Shown here: positions 9,195-18,979 of the stretch, one piece after another
Position numbering within the stretch: position 1 is the stretch's first letter
How the letters are laid out: every line of letters begins with the position of its first letter
From: Candidatus Omnitrophota bacterium
Lineage (GTDB): Bacteria > Omnitrophota > Gorgyraeia > Zapsychrales > Fredricksoniimonadaceae
DNA: 64,000 nucleotides
Direction of reading: 5' to 3'
NCBI GenBank assembly: GCA_903860135.1
Contig: CAIOPG010000008.1
Location: forward strand, 127-64,126
Translations under genes and position numbers: made by a program
Notes under the pieces: generated by a model
The model's database searches: none
What the model was told of the DNA's origin: nothing
What the model saw: the letters and a program-made list of their open reading frames with translations, nothing else

Positions 9195-10307
9195 TCAGCC
9201 CTTTTCCTGCCCTTGACGCCGCGGCTGTTCTTCTATCCGCTGGGACTGAAACGCAGCCTTGACGTCCGACATACCACTGACGCTCTTGATCGCGATATCT
9301 TCAACTTTCTGATACGCCTTGTCCAACTGCGCCGAGAGGCGGGCAATCTGTTCTTTTTGTTCCTTGCCCAAACGCTCGAGTGCCTCAAGCTGGGATACCA
9401 GCACATTCTTTTCACCTTCCAGCGTCTTGCGCAGAAGCTCCTCGCGATTTCTTGCCTCCAGCTGAACCCGCTCCACCGCCTCTTTAACGGCTCGCTGGAT
9501 CGATGTGTCAAGTTCTTTCGGAAAACCGTCGACGCGTTTCTGAAGATCAGCCAACAATTTTTCTCCGTCGACAACGGTCTTTTCCCGGAACAATAATTCT
9601 TTTTCCAGAGTTTCCTTCTTCAAACGCAACTCTTTTTCCATCCGGACTTTTTCATCTTCAATCACATTTTTCGCCAGCACCTGTTCGCGCTTGAAGGCGT
9701 AGTCGTATTCTTCTTTTTCCCGCTGGCGCCGACGATTTTCTTCCGTATCCCGCTCCTTGCTCATCTGCTGATAATCTTTCTTTTCCTTCTCATATCCGGC
9801 ACGCAGGGTGTTGATCTCAAGCGTGATCTCATCTTTCTCCCGTGCCATCGCCGCGTCGAAATCTTCTTTCCTGGCCGCCTGTGCATCCAACAAAGCCGCC
9901 AACGTCTGGGCGTTCTTTTCGATGCCGTAGATCTCCTGAAGCTCCCGCTCCTTAACACTGACAGCCTCCCGAACCCGAGCGTATTTCTGAACCTCTTCCT
10001 GCAGGGAATCTGCCAGATGACTCAACATCTTCCCGATTTCCACCCGCAGCCCGCTCGTTTCCTTCACGACATTTTCCAGGGACAGCGCATTGGTTGTTTC
10101 TACCGCCGCTTTTTCACGTTTCTTCTCAATCTCAAACTCCGGCCGCAATTCCACCCGCTCTTTATCCTGGGATTGTTTCAACTGATCGTTATAGGCATCC
10201 AGCAAATTCTCTTTTGAACTTTTCTTCACTACTTTCTTTTCAGCCATGACTAACTCCTTGTTATTATTTTCAATAAGATGTCGATGCATTAACCCATTGC
10301 TGAACAA
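9195..10307 (-). CDS. Hypothetical coiled-coil protein rich in charged (E/K/R) heptads
   Basis: 370-aa ORF with no recognisable catalytic motif and strongly alpha-helical, charged repeats. The real start is likely MAEKKVVKK at 10247. Confidence 0.45.
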   Translation of the reverse strand: MFSNGLMHRHLIENNNKELVMAEKKVVKKSSKENLLDAYNDQLKQSQDKERVELRPEFEIEKKREKAAVETTNALSLENVVKETSGLRVEIGKMLSHLADSLQEEVQKYARVREAVSVKERELQEIYGIEKNAQTLAALLDAQAARKEDFDAAMAREKDEITLEINTLRAGYEKEKKDYQQMSKERDTEENRRRQREKEEYDYAFKREQVLAKNVIEDEKVRMEKELRLKKETLEKELLFREKTVVDGEKLLADLQKRVDGFPKELDTSIQRAVKEAVERVQLEARNREELLRKTLEGEKNVLVSQLEALERLGKEQKEQIARLSAQLDKAYQKVEDIAIKSVSGMSDVKAAFQSQRIEEQPRRQGQEKG

Positions 10308-10459
10308 TCACCCCCGGCCAAAATGCTATGCGTTTATGGGAACAATATCAAGACAAAATTGGAATGATATTGGAACATATTGTAAACTAACGAGTTGTGA
10401 AATATATAGTTAATCATGGAGAATAAAACCAATAAAATAACACAAAGAAACACCTATAA

Positions 10460-11614
10460 TCAATCCGTCTTCACAAGAAATATGTCAAGCGCCTGACGCC
10501 ATGGTAAAACAACAATGTCATGGGGCAATTTCCGGGGATGCGCATCCTTCAATGATACGATGAACACCGGCAATGCTGGAAAACGCTTGCGTAAAGCTAT
10601 CCGAGCGTCATCGGATATTGTTTCCAATGAGGTCTTACACTCAAACGCCATCACAGGACCGCGAGGCCCTGTGACCAGGATATCAACCTCATGTTTCCCT
10701 TCCCTCCAAAAAGCTAACTCATACGGCTTTTCATGATAATCCCTGATACGCCTTAGTTCATTATAAAAGAATGTCTCGAACAAAAATCCCTTCTCCTGTG
10801 GCGTAGGTGAATCTGTCAAACGATTCTGCAATGCCCGCACAACCCCGCAATCGAAGAAATAAAACTTCGGACGTGCCTTCTTTCGTTCACTCCTGTCCCA
10901 CGGCCACAAGAAACTCCCCAGGAGCGTATCTTCCAGAATTGAAAAATATTCTTTCACCGTACTCATAGAAACCGATGAATCTCGCGACACCGAAGCAAAC
11001 TCAATAGTCTCTGCATTCATTTGAGCCGCCACAGCTAGAAACCTCTGAAAAGCACCCACATTGCGGGTCAAGGCCTCAGCCTGGACTTCTTCTTTGATGT
11101 AAATGGTACCATACGCTTTTAACTGCCGTCGGACATCATCTACTTTGCCTTCAAGAAACGTTGTCACCACACGTGGCAATGTTCCATACGCCAAAGCCAT
11201 TTCAACATCAAACGCTTTCCCGATCTCCTCATGCGTCAACGGATAGAGCCGGAGATCCAACGCCCTTCCTCCCAGCAAGTTAGCACTATCCCTGCGCAGC
11301 TTTCGAGCGCTTGAACCGGAAAGAATAAATCTCAACCCTAGTTCTTCTATCCCCTTTTGCACATAATTTAATAGAACCGGAACACGCTGGATCTCGTCGA
11401 TAATAACCAGATCATCCTTGCTCAACATCTGCAACTTTTGCCAAAATAAAGACGGCGAACGCGACAAGGAAAGCTCAACTTCAGGATCCAGCAAATCCAG
11501 AAAAAGCGCATGCCGCAATTGGCGCAACAAAAAAGTCTTGCCTGTCATGCGAGGGCCAAACAAGAAAAGAGAGCCGGAAATCTTATTTAATTGAAGGGAT
11601 CGATGAAAGTTCAT
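10460..11614 (-). CDS. AAA+ ATPase with a C-terminal DUF4143 domain (AAA_14/DUF4143 'ATP-binding protein' family)
   Basis: 384 aa. Walker A GPRMTGKT near the N-terminus and Walker B-like DLVIIDEIQ. The C-terminal region resembles DUF4143 proteins. Lower GC than the hydrogenase genes. Confidence 0.7.
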   Translation of the reverse strand: MNFHRSLQLNKISGSLFLFGPRMTGKTFLLRQLRHALFLDLLDPEVELSLSRSPSLFWQKLQMLSKDDLVIIDEIQRVPVLLNYVQKGIEELGLRFILSGSSARKLRRDSANLLGGRALDLRLYPLTHEEIGKAFDVEMALAYGTLPRVVTTFLEGKVDDVRRQLKAYGTIYIKEEVQAEALTRNVGAFQRFLAVAAQMNAETIEFASVSRDSSVSMSTVKEYFSILEDTLLGSFLWPWDRSERKKARPKFYFFDCGVVRALQNRLTDSPTPQEKGFLFETFFYNELRRIRDYHEKPYELAFWREGKHEVDILVTGPRGPVMAFECKTSLETISDDARIALRKRFPALPVFIVSLKDAHPRKLPHDIVVLPWRQALDIFLVKTD

Positions 11615-11703
11615 ATTAAGAGAATAACATATATATGTTATTTATCAAACTTAAATAACAACTCATTGGCGTCAGCAGTTCAAATCAGCTCAGCCAATAA
11701 GCA

Positions 11704-12855
11704 TTAGACCGCAGAACCATTCTTAATTCTTAATAGCTCATACCTTAAGTCAGATTTAAATAATGTCGGGCTTAAACTCTTCAATCTCTTTTGAACCGTA
11801 TCTAAAGCCGGTTTCGAATTATCAATGCCAATCCACCTCCGACCTAGTTCATTCGCTGCCATAATAGTTGTTCCAGATCCCAAAAAACAATCCATAACCA
11901 CATCATCTTCATCTGAAGAAGTCGTAATAATACGCCGCACAAGCTCTATATTCTTCTCTGTCGGATATTGGGGATACATGGGATCTTTGTACTCCCAGAT
12001 ATCTTGGACTCTTTTCCCTCTTTCACGCGCATCTTCCATAAAAATTCTTTTTCTTGGTACGTTATTCTTCGACCATTCAACAAGCCCAGCCTTATCTAGG
12101 TTTTCCAGTTCAGCGGGATCACTCCGCCAATGACGCCCCTTGGGCGGAAGAATCCCTCTCCAAGCCTTGCCTGTTGATCCATTAGCCGTCTCTCCCGGAG
12201 CATGTAACGGAATCGTGGTATAATGCCGTCCATTTTCATCAACCTTTAAAAAAAGCTTTCTTACTTCATCTCCCTTAAAAGCCTCTCGCGGCTCATGCCA
12301 GGTATATTTACCCGTCTTTGAATAGAAAAGGATCAAGTCTTTAATATTTCCATACCCTTTACGACTAAAATTCTTTGGGCTACATTTAATGCGCGCGATA
12401 TCATTTCTAAAATTAGAAATACCGAATATCTCATCCATCATGATTTTCACATAATGCCCGATTTTATAATCAATATGAAGGTAAATGGACGCCTTATCTG
12501 ACATTAATTCTCGCATCAAAATAAGTCGCTGTCGTAAAAACTCAATGAACTCCGCACCGATAAGATTGTCTTCATACGCCGTCTCATCACTTTGAGCAAA
12601 ACTAATCGTACTGGTTCTTGTTTTTCCGATTTTGAAAGTGTTTCTTGTAGAAAAAGGAGGGTCAATATAAATCAAATCAATACTCTTGCTCAAATTCAGA
12701 TCATACAATAAGCACTTTAGAACCTTTAGATTGTCTCCAAATATTAATTTATTCTCATGACCTTTCATCCCATTCTCAGTCAGTAATTCACCACGATCAT
12801 GTTTGCTTAATACGCAAGCTTCAGATAATTTATTCTTATATTCTAATGATATCAT
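11704..12855 (-). CDS. Type II restriction-modification DNA methyltransferase (amino-methyltransferase, beta class: N6-adenine or N4-cytosine)
   Basis: 383 aa. Motif IV DPPF (IYIDPPFS) precedes motif I (FLGSGTT) near the C-terminus, which is the beta-class order. AT-rich (~35-40% GC) compared with the flanks. Confidence 0.8.
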   Translation of the reverse strand: MISLEYKNKLSEACVLSKHDRGELLTENGMKGHENKLIFGDNLKVLKCLLYDLNLSKSIDLIYIDPPFSTRNTFKIGKTRTSTISFAQSDETAYEDNLIGAEFIEFLRQRLILMRELMSDKASIYLHIDYKIGHYVKIMMDEIFGISNFRNDIARIKCSPKNFSRKGYGNIKDLILFYSKTGKYTWHEPREAFKGDEVRKLFLKVDENGRHYTTIPLHAPGETANGSTGKAWRGILPPKGRHWRSDPAELENLDKAGLVEWSKNNVPRKRIFMEDARERGKRVQDIWEYKDPMYPQYPTEKNIELVRRIITTSSDEDDVVMDCFLGSGTTIMAANELGRRWIGIDNSKPALDTVQKRLKSLSPTLFKSDLRYELLRIKNGSAV

Positions 12856-12867
12856 CGATAACCCTTT

Positions 12868-13719
12868 TTAAACCTGATATAAGAAATCCCGCAATACGAG
12901 TGAACTCATTATGTTGTATTTTTGCTTGTTAGTCGCAATAAAATCATACATTTTATTTCCACTCTTGATATATAAAACCCCATCCAATATCGCAATCTTG
13001 ACAGCCGTGACATCCTTTGCTTCTAACGTCTGGATGGCATCTTGAAACTGTGCGTTCTGATGCCCTCCGAAATCAGTAAGAAACTTAGCCTCACCAATAA
13101 TATACTTCCCGTTAAATCTTGCGACAAAATCCAAACCTTTGGGATGAGAATATCCAAGATACTTTTCTGCAAACAATCGCATCTCTGCATCCCCCGCATC
13201 CAGCACGGCATTCTCCGAGGAAAGAAGAAACTTCTCGGAGCTTAGTAAGCTCACACCCAAAGTCTTTTTATTTAACCATCGACGAAACAATGGTCCAATC
13301 TGTCGATTTGTTTCTTTAGGCTCAGTGCACTTTTTAAAGATTTCTGTCAATCCCATTTCATATATTCGACCGGCCAAGCGGTTAACTGTTTCAGGATTCC
13401 TCTTTAATGCACCCCGGTCTCTCTTAAAATAAGCAACATATGAGTCTTTGATCGGAAACAATTCAAGATCTAACAAAGACTCTATTAATGCCCCGTTGTC
13501 TTTCTTTAAAAATGATGACTCCACAGTTCTCCACAGCGCATTATCAACCTCTCTAATGCCCTCCGGGATAATAGGATAAACTTTATAAAGCTCATCAAGG
13601 TAATTTCTCTGATTGGCATAATCAACACTCATTTGTGTCCAAATATTCATACGTAACCTTTCAGCTTCTATAAAGAATGTACGGGAAAAGACATGCTTTC
13701 TATACCGTAACAATACCAC
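12868..13719 (-). CDS. Putative Type II restriction endonuclease partnered with the adjacent methyltransferase
   Basis: 283-aa ORF immediately upstream of, and co-oriented with, the methyltransferase (12-nt gap). AT-rich. No family recognised; a possible PD-(D/E)xK-like segment (IIGEAKF) is present. The real start may be internal (MNIWTQ...). Confidence 0.4.
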   Translation of the reverse strand: MVLLRYRKHVFSRTFFIEAERLRMNIWTQMSVDYANQRNYLDELYKVYPIIPEGIREVDNALWRTVESSFLKKDNGALIESLLDLELFPIKDSYVAYFKRDRGALKRNPETVNRLAGRIYEMGLTEIFKKCTEPKETNRQIGPLFRRWLNKKTLGVSLLSSEKFLLSSENAVLDAGDAEMRLFAEKYLGYSHPKGLDFVARFNGKYIIGEAKFLTDFGGHQNAQFQDAIQTLEAKDVTAVKIAILDGVLYIKSGNKMYDFIATNKQKYNIMSSLVLRDFLYQV

Positions 13720-13824
13720 TCTTGCGTGTGGGTGTCAAGGTGCCTCGCCCACGCTATTAACTTAACGGCATAACCTTGGCAAACTTTATATCAGTAGAAC
13801 ATCAAGGTCAAGCTTAATAAATGC

Positions 13825-14817
13825 TTACAGCTGAATCTTCAAGCTATGCCCGGCATCCGTGGCAACGGTTCGGCCCAGGGTGCGGAGCATGCCGGCGACA
13901 CAGTTGCGGCAGTCACCGGGAGCGTCGTTGATGCAGATCTTGCCGGGGTAAAGCTGGTAGTGCTGGCGGTAGCGTGTGGGCGTGACATTGGGCATGAGGA
14001 CATTGGCACCGCAACGCAGGGCTTGCTCGCGGCCGCCTTTTTCGATCGAGCCCATGGCGGTGGTGGCGGGAATATGCGTATTCCTTGTTAAAATACGCAA
14101 TAAAGCAACAACCTTGAGCGTCAGCGCAAGCGTGCCGCTGGCAATAGCCCCCAGAGGGGTGCGAGGATCAGCGATAAAGGGGCCGATGCCGATCATGTCA
14201 AGATCGAGTGCCTTCATTTGAAGAATATCATCAGTCAAAATATCCGGCGTCTGGCCTGGCAGGCCAACCATGATCCCGGAACCAACCTGGAAGCCAACCT
14301 CTTTCAGCCACCGCAGGCATTGCATGCGCGCGGCATACGAAGAATCCGGTTTTAACCTGGCGAACAACGCTTCCGATGATGTTTCAAAGCGCAAGAGATA
14401 GCGGTCGGCTCCGGCTGAACGCAGAGCGGCATATTCTTCTTTGGTCTTCTCGCCCATCGAAAGCGTGAGCGCGATCCCCAACTCGGCCTTGATGCGGCGC
14501 ACTAAAAGGCACATTGCGATCAGCGGATACCGGTCATTCTCGCCGGATTGCAGGACCAGCGTCTTGTAGCCGAGGCCGGCGGCTGTTTTCGCTGTTTCAA
14601 AGATCTCATCCACATCCATGCGGTAACGCGCCACCGTGCGGCTGGATGCACGGATCCCGCAATACAGGCAATCGCGAGCGCAAATATTGGAGAATTCAAT
14701 CAGGCCGCGCAAATGCACGGCATCGCCCACACATTCCCGCCGCACACGGTCCGCCGCGGCAAAAAGCTCTGCCGTGTCCGGCGAAGCAAGCGCTTCAAGA
14801 ATATCCGCCCTATTCAT
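13825..14817 (-). CDS. hydE: [FeFe]-hydrogenase maturase HydE (radical SAM)
   Basis: The CxxxCxxC motif (CARDCLYCGI) sits at the expected position. Size is ~330 aa, matching the biotin-synthase-like HydE family. The start was chosen at MNRADIL (14817), which abuts the hydG stop. Confidence 0.85.
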   Translation of the reverse strand: MNRADILEALASPDTAELFAAADRVRRECVGDAVHLRGLIEFSNICARDCLYCGIRASSRTVARYRMDVDEIFETAKTAAGLGYKTLVLQSGENDRYPLIAMCLLVRRIKAELGIALTLSMGEKTKEEYAALRSAGADRYLLRFETSSEALFARLKPDSSYAARMQCLRWLKEVGFQVGSGIMVGLPGQTPDILTDDILQMKALDLDMIGIGPFIADPRTPLGAIASGTLALTLKVVALLRILTRNTHIPATTAMGSIEKGGREQALRCGANVLMPNVTPTRYRQHYQLYPGKICINDAPGDCRNCVAGMLRTLGRTVATDAGHSLKIQL

Positions 14818-14818
14818 C

Positions 14819-16309
14819 TCAGAGGTAAAGATCACGTTCGCCTTTCTTGACACGCTCATAATAGTTCATAAAAATATCCAACGCCTGCGGGTTCTTGCGC
14901 TTGACTTCGGCGATCTCGCGTTCGATCAAAGGCTTGGCCAGTTGTTTGGTCGCCTCACTGCCAAAATCATCCACCCACTCCTGGAACGTCAGGATCGCAT
15001 TCAGTTTGCAAAATTTACCTTCGGCGCCGCTCCGTAAAAGGTCCATGATGCATTTACCCGTCCGGCCGCAACGATAACCTGCGGTACAAAAAGACGTGAT
15101 AAATCCCTGAGCCGCCAGGTCACAGATCAACTCATCCAGCGACCGCGTATCGCCCAGGATAAACTGCTGTTTCTCTTCCTCTTGCGTTGTCACACAATTG
15201 GCATAGCCGCCAATGGCAATGCGCGAAGACGCGTCCATCTGGGTCACCCCCAGTCGCAGGGCCTCGTCGCGGATCGCTCCCTTCTCACGCGCGGTGATGA
15301 TCATGCCCGTATACGGCACCGCCAGGCGGATGATCATCATGATCTTCTTGAAATCATCGTCGGACACAAGGTACGGCCAATCCGGGGTGATGACCGAATT
15401 GAGTGCCGGCACAAGGCGCGGGAACGAGACGGTATGGGCACCGATGCCCATCCTCTTTTCCAACTCCTGCGTATGACGCACCAGCGCAATCAGCTCAAAA
15501 CGCCAGTCATACAGGCCGAACAAGGCACCAATCCCCACGTCGTCGATCCCGGCCTCCATGGCGCGGTGCATGGCATACAAGCGCCAGTTATAATCTGCCT
15601 TGATCGTGCCCGCAGGATGCATGCGGGCATACGTCTTTTTGTGATACGTCTCCTGAAACACCTGATACGTACCGATCCCCGCCTCATTGATCTTCTTCAG
15701 ATCACTGATAGAGAAAGGCGGCGCGTTCACATTGATCCGGCGTATGGCATTGGTGCCGTGCTTTGTTTTAACCTTAACGTCATAGATCGTCTTCATGCTT
15801 TCAACGATATAATCCACATCGTTTTTAGGATGCTCCCCGTACACTACAATCAATCGCTTGTGCCCGATCTCCCCGGCCAGGACTTCAATTTCCCGGCGGA
15901 TCTCCTCCTGACTCAACACCTTGCGGCTAGCCGAGGTATTGTCATTATTAAACCCGCAATACGCACAGCGGTTGACACAATAATTCCCCAGATAAAACGG
16001 CGCAAATGTCACGATGCGATTGTCATAAACCTTGAGCTTGACCGCAAGTGCCGTTGCCCGCATTTCCTCAAGCATTCCCTTGTCATTGACATTGATCAAC
16101 GTCAACACTTCCGCCGGTGTCAGATCTTTAACCGCCAGCGACTTGGCAAGGATTTCCCGGACAGCCGCCGGATCCGGCTCATGCCCTTCGGCCGCCTTGA
16201 TCGCCGCCTCAATGGCATCATCATCAATAAAATCCCTGCCCTCATCCATATACTTTGTGACTTCATCCTGCCTGATCCGCTGACCAGCCCATCCTTTAAG
16301 CGTTTCCAT
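14819..16309 (-). CDS. hydG: [FeFe]-hydrogenase maturase HydG (radical SAM tyrosine lyase)
   Basis: Has an N-terminal radical SAM motif (CVNRCAYCGF) and a C-terminal auxiliary-cluster motif (CTAGYRCGRTGKC). ~495 aa from the METLKGW start at 16309. Confidence 0.85.
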   Translation of the reverse strand: METLKGWAGQRIRQDEVTKYMDEGRDFIDDDAIEAAIKAAEGHEPDPAAVREILAKSLAVKDLTPAEVLTLINVNDKGMLEEMRATALAVKLKVYDNRIVTFAPFYLGNYCVNRCAYCGFNNDNTSASRKVLSQEEIRREIEVLAGEIGHKRLIVVYGEHPKNDVDYIVESMKTIYDVKVKTKHGTNAIRRINVNAPPFSISDLKKINEAGIGTYQVFQETYHKKTYARMHPAGTIKADYNWRLYAMHRAMEAGIDDVGIGALFGLYDWRFELIALVRHTQELEKRMGIGAHTVSFPRLVPALNSVITPDWPYLVSDDDFKKIMMIIRLAVPYTGMIITAREKGAIRDEALRLGVTQMDASSRIAIGGYANCVTTQEEEKQQFILGDTRSLDELICDLAAQGFITSFCTAGYRCGRTGKCIMDLLRSGAEGKFCKLNAILTFQEWVDDFGSEATKQLAKPLIEREIAEVKRKNPQALDIFMNYYERVKKGERDLYL

Positions 16310-17603
16310 GACCTTCTCTCTTTTCCGGGACAGTATTTCTCCGTCCCTGTGATAATACTTTAAGTTCCTTTTCAAACGCCTCCAAGGCCGCCGGAAAGGG
16401 GCCCAGGGCACGTTTTAAAACGCCCTGAACACATGCGATCCCGACGCCGTAATTGGTGACCGGCACCCCCTTGGACCTGGCCTGGTCCAGGCGCCACAGC
16501 ATCTCGCCGCGCGTGAGCATGCACGCCCCGCAATGCACGATCAGGCGATATTGCGTCAGATCCGGCGGATAATCGCGCCCGGCCACATGATCGATCACAA
16601 GGTCGCCGCCAACATACTGCCTCAGCCAGCGCGGGATCTTGACCGTGCCAATATCGTCTTCAGCCGCATGGTGCGAACAACTTTCCGCGATCAGGACTTT
16701 ATCACCGGGCATCAAGCCTTCAATATGCGCCGCCCCGCGCGCCATTTCAACCAGGTCGCCCTTAAAGCGGGCGAACAAGATCGAGAACGTCGTGCACTTG
16801 ACCGCCACCGGCGTATCCGCCGCCATTTTCATCACCACCTGCGAATCACATACAACCAAGTCCGGCGGACGTTTCAAATTGGCCAGCGCGGCCGCGTATT
16901 CCCGTTCCTTGACGACCAGAACCATCGCATCATGGTCGAGCGCATCCCGGATCGCCTGCACCTGCGGCAGAATCAGCCTCCCTTTGGGCGCCTGCAGGTC
17001 AATAGGGACAATCAGGACCACAACCCCGCCCGCCGGGACAAGATCGCCCAGGAGCGATGACGGCCTTAAGAAATCTTCAGGACAAGCATGGAGCATGCAC
17101 TGTTTAAACACGCCCAGCGCCGCTTCCCGGCCATTACGATCAATGCTCGAGCCAACAACCACCCTGGGTGTAATCCCCTGAATCCGCGTCATAAATTCAG
17201 GCGATGGCTGAGCAATGTCAGCTTTATTCACCACAATGATCAGAGGCTTTTTGATCGACGTAATTTCCTGAACAAAATCATCTTCACACACGCCCCAGAC
17301 CCCAGACTCTACCACTAGCACCGCAATATCGGCACGCGTTAGAGCCCGGTGCGTGCGTTCAATACGTTTCTCTCCCAAAAGAGAACCATCATCAAGCCCC
17401 GCCGTATCAAGGAACATCACCGGTCCCACCGGCAATAACTCCATGGCCTTCTCGACCACATCGGTCGTGGTGCCCGGCACCGGCGAGGTGATCGCCACAT
17501 CCTGTCCCGCGATCATATTGAGGAAACTCGATTTCCCCGCATTGACCCGCCCGAACAAGCCGATCTGAAGCCTTAATGACTTTGGCACTGCTGGCATATT
17601 CAT
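16296..17603 (-). CDS. hydF: [FeFe]-hydrogenase maturation GTPase HydF
   Basis: Has an N-terminal GTPase P-loop (GRVNAGKSS) and the C-terminal Fe-S ligands CSHH...HCGAC typical of HydF. Overlaps the aspA-like gene by 4 nt. Confidence 0.85.
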   Translation of the reverse strand: MNMPAVPKSLRLQIGLFGRVNAGKSSFLNMIAGQDVAITSPVPGTTTDVVEKAMELLPVGPVMFLDTAGLDDGSLLGEKRIERTHRALTRADIAVLVVESGVWGVCEDDFVQEITSIKKPLIIVVNKADIAQPSPEFMTRIQGITPRVVVGSSIDRNGREAALGVFKQCMLHACPEDFLRPSSLLGDLVPAGGVVVLIVPIDLQAPKGRLILPQVQAIRDALDHDAMVLVVKEREYAAALANLKRPPDLVVCDSQVVMKMAADTPVAVKCTTFSILFARFKGDLVEMARGAAHIEGLMPGDKVLIAESCSHHAAEDDIGTVKIPRWLRQYVGGDLVIDHVAGRDYPPDLTQYRLIVHCGACMLTRGEMLWRLDQARSKGVPVTNYGVGIACVQGVLKRALGPFPAALEAFEKELKVLSQGRRNTVPEKREGHGNA

Positions 17604-18979
17604 GTCCTGTACCCCAATCCTAATAATTGATGCGGCGACAAGGCTTTATCGACAGCCTCCTTGCCAAGTTTTGCTTCAAGGAACAGTCGTAAATTATCGT
17701 CTCCCGTCTCATCGAATTCTTTAAGTAACGCCTGGCAACGATCATACCCGAGCGCTGGCACAAAAGCCGTGATGAGCATCCGGCTGTGATCCACATAATA
17801 CCGGCACCGCGCCTCATCGGCCTGTATCCACTCGATATGCACTGTCAATTGCTGTACAGCGTTATTCAACAAAGCCAATGACCCTAAGAAAGCATCGGCC
17901 AACAGCGGCATGAATTCCACGATCTGCCCCGTCGCCCGCCCGGCCGCCTCAGCAACGAGCATGTCATTGGCGCAGACCTTAAGCGCCGCCTGGGCCGCCG
18001 CTTCAAAGATCACCGGATTCACCTTGCCCGGCATGATCGATGACCCCGCCTGCACCGCCGGAAGCCGGATCTCGCCGAGCATGTTGAGCAGCCTCAAATC
18101 ACCGGTCATCTTCAGGATATTGACCGCGTGCGCCTTGAGGATCCCCGAAACTTCAACGAACACATCCGCATTCATGGTCTCACCAACAGGATTTTCGCCA
18201 CGGCACACCCCCAGCCCTGTCACCGCACGCAATTTCTCGATCACCAGAAAAATATAATCCCGCGGAGCGCCGATCCCTGTGCCGATCGCTGTCCCGCCGA
18301 GATTCACCACCCGGAGCCGTTCTTCACACTTGAACACACGCCAGCGGTCGCGCCCGAAGGCTTCCGCCAACCCCGCCAATTGCGCCCCCAGGGTCATGGG
18401 CACCGCCTCTTGCATTTCCGTGCGTCCGAGCGTTACGATCAGCGCGAATTCTTTTTCCTTGCGCTGTAACACCCCCTGCAATAAGGCCACGGCTTCACTC
18501 AACCGCCGCAATTCAACGATCGCCGCCACCTTGACCGCCGTCGGATAAACATCATTGGTGGACTGATGCCGGTTCACATCGTCCAAAGGATGCAAGATCG
18601 TATAAGCACCGCGCGCCTTGCCCATCAATTCGAGCGCCCGGTTGGCAATGACCTCATTCATGTTCATGTTCGTCGACGTCCCTGCCCCGCCCTGAAGGGC
18701 ATCGAGCGGAAACTGATCCATCCACTTGCCGGCGATGATTTCATCACAGGCCGCGACCATGGCCACGGCCTTCTCCGGCGCAAGATAGCCCAGATCCAGG
18801 TTCGCCTGAACGCAGGCTTTCTTGACCAGCGCTAAAGCCCGGACTAAGACCAACGGCACCTTCCCTGTGACGACCGGGAAATTCTCCATCGCCCGCGCGG
18901 TATGAATGCCCCAATAAACATCTTCAGGGACAGCCTTAGCCCCCAGCATGTCATGTTCCATGCGCTGTCCCATTGTCAT
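17600..18979 (-). CDS. Aspartate ammonia-lyase / class II fumarase-family protein embedded in the hydEFG operon
   Basis: Has the Lyase_1 signature GSSIMPGKVNP. 459 aa. An AspA-like paralogue is a recurrent member of HydEFG maturation clusters. Confidence 0.8.
   Translation of the reverse strand: MTMGQRMEHDMLGAKAVPEDVYWGIHTARAMENFPVVTGKVPLVLVRALALVKKACVQANLDLGYLAPEKAVAMVAACDEIIAGKWMDQFPLDALQGGAGTSTNMNMNEVIANRALELMGKARGAYTILHPLDDVNRHQSTNDVYPTAVKVAAIVELRRLSEAVALLQGVLQRKEKEFALIVTLGRTEMQEAVPMTLGAQLAGLAEAFGRDRWRVFKCEERLRVVNLGGTAIGTGIGAPRDYIFLVIEKLRAVTGLGVCRGENPVGETMNADVFVEVSGILKAHAVNILKMTGDLRLLNMLGEIRLPAVQAGSSIMPGKVNPVIFEAAAQAALKVCANDMLVAEAAGRATGQIVEFMPLLADAFLGSLALLNNAVQQLTVHIEWIQADEARCRYYVDHSRMLITAFVPALGYDRCQALLKEFDETGDDNLRLFLEAKLGKEAVDKALSPHQLLGLGYRT

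Noticed and set aside
13720-13824. Possible terminator or tRNA in the hydE-downstream intergenic region
   Set aside because: Only an imperfect GC hairpin (GCGTGGGCG...CCCACACGC) without a U-tract is present. There is no cloverleaf-compatible structure or conserved tRNA motifs such as GTTC/TPsiC.
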